Notes under the pieces: generated by a model
Seen by the model: the letters and a program-made list of their open reading frames with translations, nothing else
What the model was told of the DNA's origin: nothing
The model's database searches: none
Translations under genes and position numbers: made by a program
Origin: Octopus vulgaris
Taxonomy: Eukaryota
Length of the DNA: 64,000 nucleotides
Direction: 5' to 3'
Assembly (NCBI GenBank): GCA_951406725.2
Contig: OX597818.1
Span: 38,874,001 to 38,938,000 of the forward strand
Part shown: piece after piece, positions 1 to 12,431 of the stretch
Layout of the letters: every line of letters starts with the position of its first letter
Numbering within the stretch: position 1 is the stretch's first letter

Positions 1-833
1 CTATCTTAGCTAAACAAATGACCTTCTCTAGATGCATTAAAAACACTACAACATATTCAGACACTATTTTAGAAAATTATCTCTGTTCCCTTAGAGAATA
101 TAAAAGGCAAATTCAGCTGGGGCAAAATGAGCAAGATAAAATAAGGCAAATTTGCCTCTTCAGTTCTCCAGAATTACGTTAGAAAAAAGACTTATAAACA
201 TCAATATCTATCCTTAGACATCAGAAAGATCAGAAATATAACAAAAGTTTTAAATATTTAGGTCAAATGAAAGAGGATCTCGGAAAGATAGCACACGTTA
301 TGAAATTAACAAAACACGACTACATCTAAAAACACATCATCTCTATAGCTACTTCACTATCTGCTGGAGTGGAACTCTTTCCGATACATAATCGAGCCAT
401 GCAGTCAATGGGAAGGAATTTCAATTATTCATTACTCATTTTGCCCCATTTTAGAAATTTTGTTTCGTTTGAAAATGGAAAATGATCAGATTAGACATTA
501 GTATGGGGTAAAAAAATTGACTTAGAATCTAACAGAAAAAATATCGATTGTTAAGCACCAAAAATTATCCAGATATTTTATTAGCAGCTTCAATTGCAAT
601 AGGGTCAAAGTTGAGGCAAAATTCCTCGAAAAATAAGTACCGTCACATAACTATATTTCAAACTCTATCAGCTTCAGCCACAACTGTGGTGATCAATTTT
701 TTACTGCCAAAGATGATGTAACAGTACAAAATGATGATGCAATATTTGCAATGTAATGGTTTGAAACAGGTAGGGAGAAAATAACGAGAAAACAGAAATT
801 ATTCATTTTGTGCCTCAGCTACCAATTAGTCCT

Positions 834-867
<34 letters not shown>

Positions 868-1261
868 CTAGCAGTATCGCCCGGCGTTGCTCGGGTTTGT
901 AAGGGAAATAATTATATAAGCATTTTTAGAGATGTAAAGTATAATAGCCATCTCAATATGGCTAACCACAAAGGGGGAGGGTGTTACTGTAGCTTTTTAC
1001 GTTCTGAGATTTAATAATAAATTTTAGAGAGTTACTTCCCTTATATATGTCAAAAATGGATTAAAAATGGGAAAAATTGATGGTAAATTTTTTTTTAAAT
1101 CGTAGACTCATCGTAGACGCGCGCTAATACCCAGGCGGTCTCGATATGAATCACGACTATAAGATACCCGGTTTTGGTTAAACTGCACCGCAAAATGTGG
1201 GAGTAGTTAGGAATCTAAATCGTAGGAGACAGACACACAACCTCACTTTTATATATAAAGA
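868..1261 (-). mobile_element. Non-autonomous Helitron
   Basis: Minus strand starts TCTTTATATAT and ends with hairpin CCCGAGCAACGCCGGG followed by CTAG; it sits between A and T with no TSD; related copy at 2815-3451. Confidence 0.75.
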
Positions 1262-2039
1262 TTTCCTCTATTTACATAATATTGAGGTCTCTTTCTTTCT
1301 TTTGTTATCTTACTGTTTTTACCAATATACATATATATATATATATATATAAATATATATATAGTTACAGAGATGTACTTGCATAGCCAGTGACTTGATC
1401 TGAGATCGTGTGCTGGAACGAAAACAGTTGCAGCGTTGAAGGTGTTTATAAGCCATTTAAGAAACACACAAAAACCGTTAGATTCGCTTCAACATTTAAA
1501 TTTATTTGTCAAAATATTTTCATCGCTTTGAGACCGCGACCTGTTAGCACGATATTTTTGTCAGTGAACAGGTCGCGGTCTCAAAGCGACGAAAATATTT
1601 TGGCAAATTAAATTTAAATGTTGAAGTGAATGTAACGGTTTTTGTGTGTTTCTTAAATGGCTTACAAACACCTTCCACGCTGCAATATATATATACACAC
1701 ATATATATATATGTATGTATGTATGTATGTGTGTATATGTGTATGCATGTATGTGTGTGTGTGTGCGTGTCTGTGCTTATGATTGTCCTCCACCACTGCT
1801 TGACAACGAATGTTGGTTTGTTTACATCCCTGTCACCTAGTGGTTTGACAAAGGAAACAGATAGAATAAGTACAATGCTTACAAAAATAAAAGTGGAGTT
1901 GATTCATTAAACTACAATTCTTCAAGGCATTGCCCCAGCATGGCCACAGACCAATGGCTGGAAAAAGCAGAAGAATAAAAGAATACATTCTCTGCTTTGG
2001 TCAAGGCACGAGAAAGCTTGAGTTTACATGAGAAGGCCT

Positions 2040-2308
2040 AACAGACCTGGTAGAAACAGCAGCCAAATCTCCCTCAAATCACACCTTACTGTCTTATGTA
2101 TGTATATATATATGAGCCAATGAGGGGGACCTCTACATGGTAGCTAGACCTGGTAGAAATAGCAGCCAAATTTCCCCCAAATCACACCTTACTGTCTTAT
2201 CTATGTATATATATGTATGTATGAGCCTATGAGGGAGACCCCTACATGGCAGCTAGACATGGTAGAAATAGCAGCCAAATCTCCCTCAAATCACACCTTA
2301 CTGTCTTA
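2040..2308 (+). repeat. Three tandem ~110-bp units (AGACCTGGTAGAAATAGCAGCCAAATCTCCCTCAAATCACACCTTACTGTCTTA + TA/TG tract)
   Basis: Direct repeats visible near 2042, 2145 and 2254. Confidence 0.75.
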
Positions 2309-2546
2309 TCTTTCTGCTACTTGGATATAGGTGTTATATTCGTCGTAAAAAACTTTCCTATCACACACTCACGCACACACACACACACACACGCACACGC
2401 ACACACACACACACGCGCACACCCACACACACCCACTCACACACACGCACGTTAGCTTACAATTTTATTTATATATTTGCGTGTGTATGTGTGGAAAGAG
2501 GAAGTGGGAAGCAGAGTGAAAGAATCACTCACTACAGTAAGTCAAT

Positions 2547-2814
2547 TACTTTCATTTTATTCGTTGCCCACTGTGTGTGTGCGTTTGCGTGTGGTGTAAA
2601 CCAGACTAAGAAAAGCATTTGACACACACACCAGAATGTGAGTTTTCTGTAAATTTTGCTTAATTGGAGTTTAAATTTTAAAAACTGGACCTGGCATGAC
2701 GCGATGCATTGTACTCTTAAAACTGCTAGGTAAATTGTAATTGAAGAAATCCTATATTGTAGATTTGTATAACTCCCAAAGGGAGGCAGATGAAATCTGC
2801 CTTTTATAATAAGA
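2547..2814 (-). mobile_element. 5' part of a second Helitron-like family
   Basis: Near-identical to 4338-4608; minus strand begins (TC)TCTTATTATAAAAGGCAG. Confidence 0.55.
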
Positions 2815-3451
2815 CTAGCAGTATCGCCCGGCATTGCTCGGGTTTGTAAGGGAAATAACTATATAAGCATTTTTAGAGAGTTATAGCCAAAAAATAGCAA
2901 AAAATGCATTAAAAATGGAAAAAATATGATGGTAAATTTTTTTAAAATCGTTGACTCATCGTAGACATTTTTAGAGAGTTACTTCCCTTATATAATAGCG
3001 AAAAAATGCATTAAAATGGAAAAAAAAACGATGGTAAATTTTTTTTTAAATCGTAGACTCATGTAGACGCTTTCTTAGCCATTTCTGTTTTGGTGTCTTC
3101 AAGCCATGAAGTCGTTGTTCTAAAAGAACACTGGTCTCCTTGACAACGCATTACGACGTTGATTTCCTTACACTCCCTTCCCCACAGGTGCAGGTGTGAG
3201 CGTGGACGCCAACTCCGCCGCCATCGACACACGAAAAATTATGCATTAAAATGGAATAAAAAATGATGTTAAATTATTTTTAAAATCGTAGACTCATCGT
3301 AGACGCGCGCTAATATTCAGACGGGCTCGATATGAATCACGACTTTAAGCTACCCGAATTTGGTTAAACTGTACCGCAAAATGTGGGAGTAGTTAGGAAT
3401 CTAAATCGAAGGGGACAGACACTCACACAACTACAGTTTTATATATATAGA
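2815..3451 (-). mobile_element. Non-autonomous Helitron (same family as 868-1261, with internal repeats)
   Basis: TC start, terminal hairpin + CTAG, sequence shared with 868-1261. Confidence 0.75.
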
Positions 3452-3464
3452 TATACATAGCGCA

Positions 3465-3830
3465 GTAGTGGTGAGATATGACAGCAAAGAAAAGCATACA
3501 TTCACTCTCTGCATGCAATTAGACTCGGAAAGTTCGTGAGGAACCCATTGACCCAATTTGCTGACTTTTCCGATAGCACACAGGTGTCAATGAATGGTTG
3601 AATGACCAAATCCAAGCTTCTCTGCTAGTTCCTCAACAGTTACGATGATATTTTGTTCCACCAGGGTTTTCAGGATGTCCTTGTCGAGTTCTACAGATCT
3701 TTCAGGATGAGGCTCGTCTTCTAGGCTGTAGTTTATGGCTCGGGATTTCTGGAACCACCATTGACACTGCCTTACGCTTATTGTCCAATCCCCATATACT
3801 GCATTAATATTTCTTGTACTTTGCACACAT
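3465..3830 (-). pseudogene. Mariner transposase N-terminal fragment
   Basis: QCQWWFQK..SLEDEPHPERS..TVEELAEKLG HTH region, then past a stop KLGQWVPHELS (mariner WVPHEL motif). Confidence 0.85.
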
Positions 3831-4337
3831 TTATATTCTGTTATTCTTTTATATGTTTCAGCCTTGAGGTTGTGGCCATACTGGATCATGTGTGTGTGTG
3901 TGTGTGTGTTATCTGTCTGTCTGTCTGTATGTATATATGTATATGTATGTGTGTGAACAATAATATTTTCAACAGATGTGTTGCAAATGTATCTGATTGT
4001 TCTCAAGCTTCAATACTGTGTGTGTGTGTATGTGTGTGTGTGTATGTATGTATGTATATGTATGTATGTATGTATATGTATGTATGTATGTATGTGTGTA
4101 TGTATGTATGTGTGTGTGTGTATGTATGTATGTATGTATGTATGTATGTATGTATGTATGTATGTATGTATGTATGTATGTATGAGTGTATGTTTACTTT
4201 ATTACTAATTACTCTCTTCCAAGAACATTTTCACTCACTCTTAGCTCTTAGCTTCCCATACATTTTACTCATGTATCTATCAGCGTCATGGACAGAATAC
4301 TTTCACTTTAGTCTTCCTCAAATCACTCTGTCGCTAT

Positions 4338-4608
4338 TTACTTTCATTTTATTCGTTGCCCACTGTGTGTGTGCGTTTGCGTGTGGTGTAAACCAGACTA
4401 AGAAAAGCATTTGACACACACACCAGAATGTGAGTTTTCTGTAAATTTTGCTTAATTGGAGTTTAAATTTTAAAAACTGGACCTGGCATGACGCGATGCA
4501 TTGTACTCTCAAAACTGCTAGGTAAATTGTAATTGAAGAAATCCTATATTGTAGATTTGTATAACTCCCAAAGGGAGGCAGATAAAATCTGCCTTTTATA
4601 ATAAGAGA
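4338..4608 (-). mobile_element. Helitron-like 5' segment, duplicate of 2547-2814
   Basis: Near-identical ~270-bp direct repeat; minus-strand A|TC start. Confidence 0.55.
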
Positions 4609-4634
4609 TATATATATATATATATTATATTTTA

Positions 4635-4947
4635 TCTAGTTTCAGCTCATGTGCTGTGGCCATGCTGGGGCACCACCATTCAGTGTTGTTACATCATTTT
4701 ACTTCACGAATGCTTTTTAGCAATTGCCATTTGGTGCATGAGAGAGTGCATGAGAGTGCATGAGAGCTGCCCTCATCTGCACCTCTTGCCGTGAAGTTGG
4801 TTCATCTGGGACACCTGACAGGAAGAGATCCAGTTTTATTTTAAAGACATCTGCATCCACCCCATGCAGGTCTCTCAGGTCCTTCGGGAGGATATTGAAG
4901 AGCTGTGGACCTCTGAAGCCCAGGCTATCACAGTATCTTGTCCTACA
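4635..4947 (-). mobile_element. 3' fragment of the CR1-group LINE family
   Basis: Reverse-complement similarity to ~18003-18305, including the 3' tail GGTGCCCCAGCATGGCCACAGC..AGCTGAAACTAG. Confidence 0.9.
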
Positions 4948-5049
4948 TATATAATACTTATCAAAGGGAAATGGAAATTAATTGAAATTTTCATTTCCAG
5001 TAGCCTAACATGTAAAAATTTAGTAAAAAGACTATGTATTAGTCATAAG

Positions 5050-5259
5050 ATACAGTGTACATATAAACACATGAGGAATCCACTCGTGGGATTCAACACG
5101 CTAGAAAGAACAGCTAGGTTCCATAACCACAAAATTAGGGATAAAATTCGACAGGAACGAATTTTATACCTAATTTTGTGGTTATGGAATCAAGCTGTTC
5201 TTTCTAGTGTGTTGAATCCCACGAGTGGATTCCTCATGTGTTTAAATGTACACTGTATT
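5050..5259. repeat. Fold-back inverted repeat (~100-bp arms, ~8-nt loop)
   Basis: ATACAGTGTACAT..AAAATTCG pairs with CGAATTTT..ATGTACACTGTAT. Confidence 0.9.
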
Positions 5260-5311
5260 TTATATATATATGTATTCAGGATTAAATAAAAATGCAACAA
5301 ACGGAAAATTT

Positions 5312-5352
<41 letters not shown>

Positions 5353-5361
5353 GTACGTGTG

Positions 5362-5403
<42 letters not shown>

Positions 5404-5438
5404 TATTTCGGCATGTTGGTGTCTTTAGACACCCTCAT

Positions 5439-5473
<35 letters not shown>

Positions 5474-5492
5474 ATGCCCTTAATATAAATAA

Positions 5493-5528
<36 letters not shown>

Positions 5529-6671
5529 GCGGAAAATTATCGGTATTTCTGCTAAGATATTTAAAACTGGACCTTGTTGTCGAAAAAAATCAAAATGCTA
5601 AGGAACATTAAGAATGAAAAAAAAAAAAAAAAGCACGAAATAATAAAACAGAGACAAACCAAGAAAATATCCTTCTAAAAATTATCTAAAATAAGTTAGA
5701 AGGAATAATATTTGTAAGGAAGTTAGCAAAATTATTTGGGCTGGTTGTGTAGGTGAGTATAAGTTAGAACTGAATAACCTTACATTTAGGTTTACGCACC
5801 AAAAATAAGAAAAAATACAAACTAGAAAAGGTACAAAAGATTCTTGCTACTTTTAAACTTTGCTATATGTCTCTATTCTGTATTATATAAAATATAAGCT
5901 CACACCCAAGTCAAAGTAGCATTTTTTATTTATTTGTCTCTAATCCTCTTCCCCTCTCTTTCATAAACGCACAAAAACACACAGTCAAAGGCCAAAAAGC
6001 ACTGCGAAAACGAACAAAATACATAAAAAATCTGACTTGACAATTGTATCATTCTTGACATAAAAACAGATGTAGTAACTTCATTCTTGTTCATGTCTAT
6101 TCATTTCTCAAACACACCTACATGAGAATAAATTTTCTTTTCCTGTCGCTGCCCATTGCGTTTGTCTCTCCTTCATACAGTCAAAGACTGTGTGTATATT
6201 TTCACACAATCGTACACGTTTATTTATTCTGACTCAGCGTAGAATGTAGAATACTTGTGAGATGTATGTATGTACATGTGAGTATGCGCATACAAATATG
6301 CATATATATACATATATACATATATGCATATATACAGACAGACACACATACACATATACACATACATATAAAAAGATCAGGTTTTAAAAAAATACTTTGA
6401 ATACGCAATGCGGGGAGTTAATCATTATTTTATTATTTGATCTCTAGTGCATGAGGACGCAAAAAAAAAAAAAATGAGACCCAGTGATTTAAAATCTTAG
6501 TAATAGTGCAGTAATAATAATAATAAGTATTGTTTTCCTGGGCAATAACTGAAGTTACTCGGTCACTGGTGAAGTCACAACCCTCTATTGCTAATTTCTC
6601 TCTTCATGTGCGCAGATCTATTGGAAAGATACAATTTTACACGTGTTAATTACATAGAGCTGAAATCTCTC

Positions 6672-7103
6672 TTACTCTTTTACTCTTTTACTTGTTTCAG
6701 TCATTTGACTGCGGCCATGCTGGAGCACCGCCTTTAGTCGAGCAAATCGACCCCGGGACTTATTCTTTGTAAGCCCAGTACTTATTCTATCGGTCTCTTT
6801 TGCCGAACCGCTAAGTGACGGGGACATAAACACACGTAAATGCTAGGGGGACAAACACAGACACACAAACACACAAACACACGTAAATGCTAGGGGGACA
6901 AACACAAACACACACATACATATATATATATACATATATCCGACAGGCTTCTTTCAGTTTCCGTCTACCAAATCCACTCACAAGGCATTGGTCGGCCCGG
7001 GGCTATAGCAGAAGACACTTGCCCAAGATGCCACGCAGTGGGACTGAACCCGGAACCATGTGGTTGGTAAACAAGCTACTTACCACACAGCCACTCCTGC
7101 GCC
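6672..7103 (-). mobile_element. tRNA-derived CORE-type SINE (family A)
   Basis: Minus strand GGCGCAGGAGTGGCTGTGTGGTAA (A box), GGTTCAGTCC (B box), TTGGGCAAGTGTCTT core and AGTAAAAG tail repeats. Confidence 0.85.
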
Positions 7104-7133
7104 TATAGATATAATCTATAATTCACTAATGCA

Positions 7134-7352
7134 GGCACTCCGTCGGTTACGACGACGAGGGTTCCAGTTGATTCAAACAGCCTGCTGAGCACTCCACAGA
7201 CACGTATACTCTTAAGGTGGTTCTCAGGGAGACTCAGCGTGGCACAGAATGTGACAAAGCTGGCTCTTTGAAATAGAGGTACTTGCTCAATGACACAACG
7301 TTCCGCCGGTAATCGAACTCATCACCTTACGATCATGAGCTGAATACCCATA
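7134..7352 (-). mobile_element. tRNA-derived SINE (family D), internally deleted
   Basis: Similar to 39536-39856; ends CGTCGTCGTAACCGACGGAGTGC. Confidence 0.7.
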
Positions 7353-7402
7353 ACCATTTTTGATACACCGGTTATAAAGCAACAGAATTAGTCTAAGAAA
7401 TA

Positions 7403-8369
7403 GGCGGCAAGGTGGCAGAATCGTTAGCACGCCGGGCGAAATGCTTAGCGGTATTTCGTCTGCGTTACGTTGTGAGTTCAAATTCCGCCAAGGTCGACTT
7501 TGCCTTTCATCCTTTCGGGGTCGATAAATTAAGTACCAGTTACGAACTGGGGTTGATGTAATCGACTTAATACCTATGTCTGTCCTTGTTTGTTCCCTCT
7601 GTGTTTAGCCCCTTGTGGCTAATAAAGAAATAGGAAATAGGTATTTCGTCTGTCGTTACGTTCTGAGTTCAAATTCCGCCGAGGTCGACTTTGCCTTTCA
7701 TCCTTTCGGGGTCGATTAAATAAGTACCAGCTACGCACTGGGGTCGATATAATCGACTAGATCCGTTTGTCTGTCTTTCTTTGTCCCTTCTATGTTTAGC
7801 CCCTTGTGGGTAGTAAAGAAATAGGTATTTCGTCTGTCGCTACGTTCTGAGTTCTAATTCCGCCGAGGTCGACTTTGCCTTTCATCCTTTCGGGGTCGAT
7901 TAAATAAGTACCAGCTACGCACTGGGGTCGATATAATCGACTAGATCCGTTTGTCTGTCTTTCTTTGTCCCTTCTATGTTTAGCCCCTTGTGGGTAGTAA
8001 AGAAATAGGTATTTCGTCTGTCGCTACGTTCTGAGTTCAAATTCCGCCGAGGTCGACTTTGCCTTTCATCCTTTCGGGGTCGATTAAATAAGTACCAGTT
8101 ACGCACCGGGATCGATGTAATCGACTTAATCCGTTTGTCCTCTCTGTGTTTGTCCTTGTTTGTCCTTGTGGGTAGTAAAGAAATAGGTATTCTGTCTGCC
8201 GTTGCGTTCTGAGTTCAAATTCCGCCGAGGTCAGCTTTACCTTTCATCCTTTGGAGGTCGATAAATTAAGTACCAGCTACGCACTGCGATCGATATAATC
8301 GACTTAATCCCTTTGTCTGTCCCTGTTTGTCCACTCTATGATTAGCCCCTTGTGGGCAATAAAGATATA
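7403..8369 (+). mobile_element. Tandem array of tRNA-derived SINE family B (one head, 5 units of ~183 bp)
   Basis: Head GGCGGCAAGGTGGCAGAATCGTTAG; each later unit restarts at GGTATTTCGTC after tail ..CCCTTGTGGGTAGTAAAGAAATA; approximate TSD AGAATT(A/T)GTC(T/A)AAGAA. Confidence 0.9.
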
Positions 8370-8725
8370 AGAATTTGTCAAAGAAGAGCGGAATATTTTC
8401 AGGATTTATGTTGGCTGGGAGTTGCGGAAAGTGGTGCAGAATAAATGGTAGGAAAGATTTTCAAAATGTGATACATCATAAGAAATTTTGGTTAGTTTAA
8501 CAGTGATAGTAGAGATAATTATCATGCATGTTGACCGATTATAGCCATGTGGAAATGTGTATAGTAGAGAAAATGATAACCTGAATGAATAGTGGAGCCA
8601 CTGGATATAAAGAAACTGTTTATAGGTATGCGAGAGAGTATACGTGAACAAAGTAAAGTAAAATTGCGAAGCAACTGATTAATAAATAAATTAATATAGA
8701 TAAATAAATAAATAAATTTTAGATT

Positions 8726-8944
8726 ACTCTTTTACTCTTTTACTTGTTTCAGTCACGTGACTGTGGCCATGCTGGAGCACCGCCTTTAGTCGAGCAAATC
8801 GACCCCAGGACTTATTCTTTGTGAGCCTAGTACTTATTCTATCGGTTTCTTTTGCCGAACCGCTAAGTTACAAGGGACGTAAACACACCAGCATCAGTTG
8901 TCAAGCGATGTTGGTGGTGGTGGGGGGACAACCACAGACACACA

Positions 8945-8986
<42 letters not shown>

Positions 8987-9146
8987 ACGGGCTTCTTTCA
9001 GTTTCTGTCTACCAATCCACTCACAAGGCTTTGGTCGGCCCGAGGCTATAGTAGAAAACACTTGCCCAAGGTGCCAAGCAGTGGGACTGAACCCGGAACC
9101 ATATGGTTCGTAAGCAAGCTACTTACCACACAGCCACTCCTACGCC
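8726..9146 (-). mobile_element. CORE-type SINE family A
   Basis: Similar to 6672-7103. Confidence 0.85.
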
Positions 9147-9292
9147 TATAGATTAGTTAATTAAGTGCACAAAAGAATGATTCGCAAGATAAATGGATTA
9201 AGGTTTGAAAATATAAGTAGAAGAATTCGTAGGGATTAAAGATTTAGAGATTTGAACGAAAAGGGCTAGGGAGATGGATAATAGAATGAGTA

Positions 9293-9815
9293 CCGTAAAT
9301 CCTCGAGTATAGTCCGCCCATAAGTATAATACGCAGGGGATTTTTAGGGGGGGTGTACGTCTGAAAAACCTAAACCTTGTGTATAATACGCACCACTTCT
9401 CTAACTTGAGTCGTGTGCAATTAAGCCAGCAGCCCCTAGTCGAACAGACACTTCCACGCATGCGTAATACAATAACGGTGATGTTCTTAACTGTTATATG
9501 GGAATGTAAATATGTTTGCAAATTGTTTTTGTTACATGTTATTCTGTGTTCTGAATACTTTTATTTTAATAAATGTTGCTTACTGAAAGTTATGGATGAT
9601 TCTTTTATAACTTCATTGCTTTCAGGCTTAGCTTAAGGTATTTTCGCACCCGACATCACAAAATGCGTCCGAATAAACATTGCCGGACAGCAAATAGAGA
9701 CTCGGACATTGCTTAGAAAATATTATTCATTTTTAACCTCGTATATAGTACGCACTAGGGATTTTGACCTTTAAATTTTGGGGAAAAAATGCGGATTATA
9801 CTCGAGGATTTACAG
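9293..9815. mobile_element. MITE / non-autonomous Tc1-mariner-superfamily element
   Basis: TIRs CCGTAAATCCTCGAGTATAGTCCGC and GCGGATTATACTCGAGGATTTACAG, flanked by TA on both sides. Confidence 0.85.
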
Positions 9816-10176
9816 TAAATATAAGAAATCCGCGAACTTATGATGAATAAACGGTGATATAACTAAGAATTCGTGTAGGAAGAAACGGGAGAGTTTTTCC
9901 ATGTTTGCAGTTCAACAAAAATATGAATGCGTAAATGAACAGCTGTAAAATAAATAATTAAAAATGAATGCGAGGATATTTTCTAAAGTGAGTAAAATGT
10001 TAAACCAATAAATACAGAGGAAATATCTTCGTAAGAGAAGCTTATAAGATAAAAAGTTATTTTTACAGGTCTATTTGTATAATTATAGTGTTTGAAGGAA
10101 TGGTGGATTAGTTTGGTAACCAAATTTTGTTTTCTTTTTTTCAACTATGCAATTCTAATTGTATTTTTTAAAAATC

Positions 10177-10380
10177 TTTTACTTGCTTCAGATATCGGAT
10201 TGCGGCCATACTGGTGCACGGCCATAACGGTTTTTAATCGAAAATCGAACAAACCGACCTAGATATTTATGTTTTGCTTTTAAGTCTGGTAATTATTCTA
10301 ACGGTTACTTATGTTGAACCACTAAGTTATAGGGACAGGAATAACACAACAACGGTTGTCAAGTGGTGTGTGTGTGTGTG

Positions 10381-10451
<71 letters not shown>

Positions 10452-10566
10452 CATGCTTCTACAAAGTTGCCGTCAACCAAATTCACTCAGAAAGTATTGG
10501 TCGGTCCGGGGGCTTCAGCAAAGACACTTGTCGAAGGTGCTGCCCAGTGGGACTGAACCCGAAGCA
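10177..10566 (-). mobile_element. Diverged CORE-type SINE family A
   Basis: Degenerate match to family A with an internal (CA)n tract. Confidence 0.65.
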
Positions 10567-11841
10567 TAGGCGCATAGCTACATTTTTGTAGGAGCGAGGA
10601 TAGGGTCAATGAACTTGGTCGGTACCAAAGCAACTTTGTGTAACTTCATACAAACGAAAAACAACAACAACAAAAAAAAAGAAAATAACACACACACACA
10701 AGCACACACACACAAGTGGCTTTATGTAAAACTCCATTAACTCCATCTATAGTACGCACATTTTCCCACCAGAATGAATATTAAAATTGAGGCGCTAGTA
10801 TTATTAAATGGTATTCGGCCGATATCACTCGTAGGACGACCGTTGTAAGAACTGAATAGAGGTGGAAATTGTCATGTTTAATAATTTCAAAATGGTTTTT
10901 TATCTCTTTAAAACCATTTTGCCAAATTGCCAAATACCGTGGCGAAGAAAGATGCAAATTTCATTTTATCTTAATAGAGAGAAAAGCAAACATTTCCACT
11001 AACATTTTTCGGAGGAGATGATATTCAGGCCATAAAGTTTCTTCTCAGTCACTTTTATTACGGAGTTACACAATAATGAAAAACAAAATGTATTTTAGAT
11101 TACGCTTTTATCGTTTAACGATATATCTATTATATAAAATCCGTTCTGTCTGTGTGTGCGTGTGTGTCTTCTAGGATCTCGGGCATCCTCCATCCGATTG
11201 CATTTGTACGCGCAAGTACATCAGCTGTTACCACTAGCTTTTCCATGCCCTTCAACATCCCGTAAAGTAAGTTAGCTTAAAATTAGTTACTTAGTTCCCT
11301 AGGTTGTTGCTTTTCATCAAAAATCATCCCAAGCTGATTTCCTATATGTTTTTTCGGATAAACTTATTATTGTCCCAGGTACATTCTCATAAATTCATCA
11401 TGCTTTCCCATCTAGATTTACCTCCAGCTAACCCATTTGCACGCATCGTTTCTGTCCTGCTTTTCTTCCGTCAACCTGTACATAACTGCACCTTCCATTT
11501 TTTGTTGTTTTTGTACAGCTTAAAGGCACGTTTCTTTCCTGCCAAGCTTACTTGTTTAACCCATGTTTGTGTTCTCCTCATCAACAGCCTTATCATTACT
11601 GGTACTTTAAACTCTTCAGTTGCATATTTGTGTGAATAAAATCGTTTTTCTTTGGAATAGAAAAAAGTCTATATTTCTTCTTTTGCTGGTGTCTCAAATT
11701 TAGGTTAAATCAGTGTTTCTCAAAGGGGAGGCCTAGTTGTTTTGAGAAAATTTGGTTTAAATGTTTGACAACTCAGCACCGTCCATTGGACGCTGGGGGG
11801 GGGGGGGGTTGCTCGTTTAATATAGTTATATTTCGGGATGG

Positions 11842-12424
11842 TCTTCACTCATTTATTACTCTTCTTATTTTATCTTATATCCATTGTCAGGAAATCTTTC
11901 GTCACACACCTGTGACTTCTTCAGCGACCCTTTCCCTCCACGTGTATCCTCCTGCTCCACTTAGTCTGTTCCGTCCTTCTATGATGTGTATCCTTATCTG
12001 CACATGCGTTTGCATCTGTATCTGTGTGTGTGTGCATGTATGTGTGCATGTGTGCTTGTGCGTGTGTATGTGTGTACTTGCGTGTGCGTACGCGTGACTG
12101 TGTTTCGCATGTGTGCTTATGTGTGTATATGGGCTTGCGCACTACACTGTTTATATCCGTACCCTTTATATAGTGGGCAAGTCCATTTGCGCACATAAGC
12201 ACACATAGTCACGCGTACGCACATGCGCGTGTGCACACACACAGATACAGACGTAAACGCATGTGCAGATAAGGACACACCTAAGAGAAAGACAGAATGG
12301 ACTAAGCAAAGCAGGAGGATACTCGTGGACGGAAAGGGTCACTGAATAGGTCACAAATATGTGACGAAAGATTTCCGGTCAATGGACATAAGATAAAATA
12401 AAAATAGTAATAAACGAGTGATGA
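11842..12424. mobile_element. Fold-back element (~250-300-bp inverted arms) with a hammerhead-like motif in each arm; probably Penelope pLTR-derived
   Basis: 11842-12145 is the reverse complement of ~12170-12424; hammerhead cores at 11886-11928(-) and 12338-12380(+). Confidence 0.75.
11886..11928 (-). ncRNA. Minimal type I hammerhead ribozyme motif
   Basis: GTCG CTGAAGA A GTCAC aggtgt GTGAC GAAAG at TTC c TGAC: conserved core and 5-bp stem II. Confidence 0.6.
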
Positions 12425-12431
12425 ACGATTA

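Noticed and set aside
1-830. Possible decayed LINE or DNA-transposon fragments
   Set aside because: No diagnostic motif or termini could be identified
3761-4414. Long ORFs rich in YVCM/IYIY (also ~14170-14930, ~18310-19310 and others)
   Set aside because: These come from stop-free TA/TG/TATG microsatellites
7403-8369. CRISPR-like or tRNA-gene-array interpretation of the regular repeats
   Set aside because: Units are whole SINE bodies with no unique spacers, there are no cas genes, and the heads do not form complete cloverleafs
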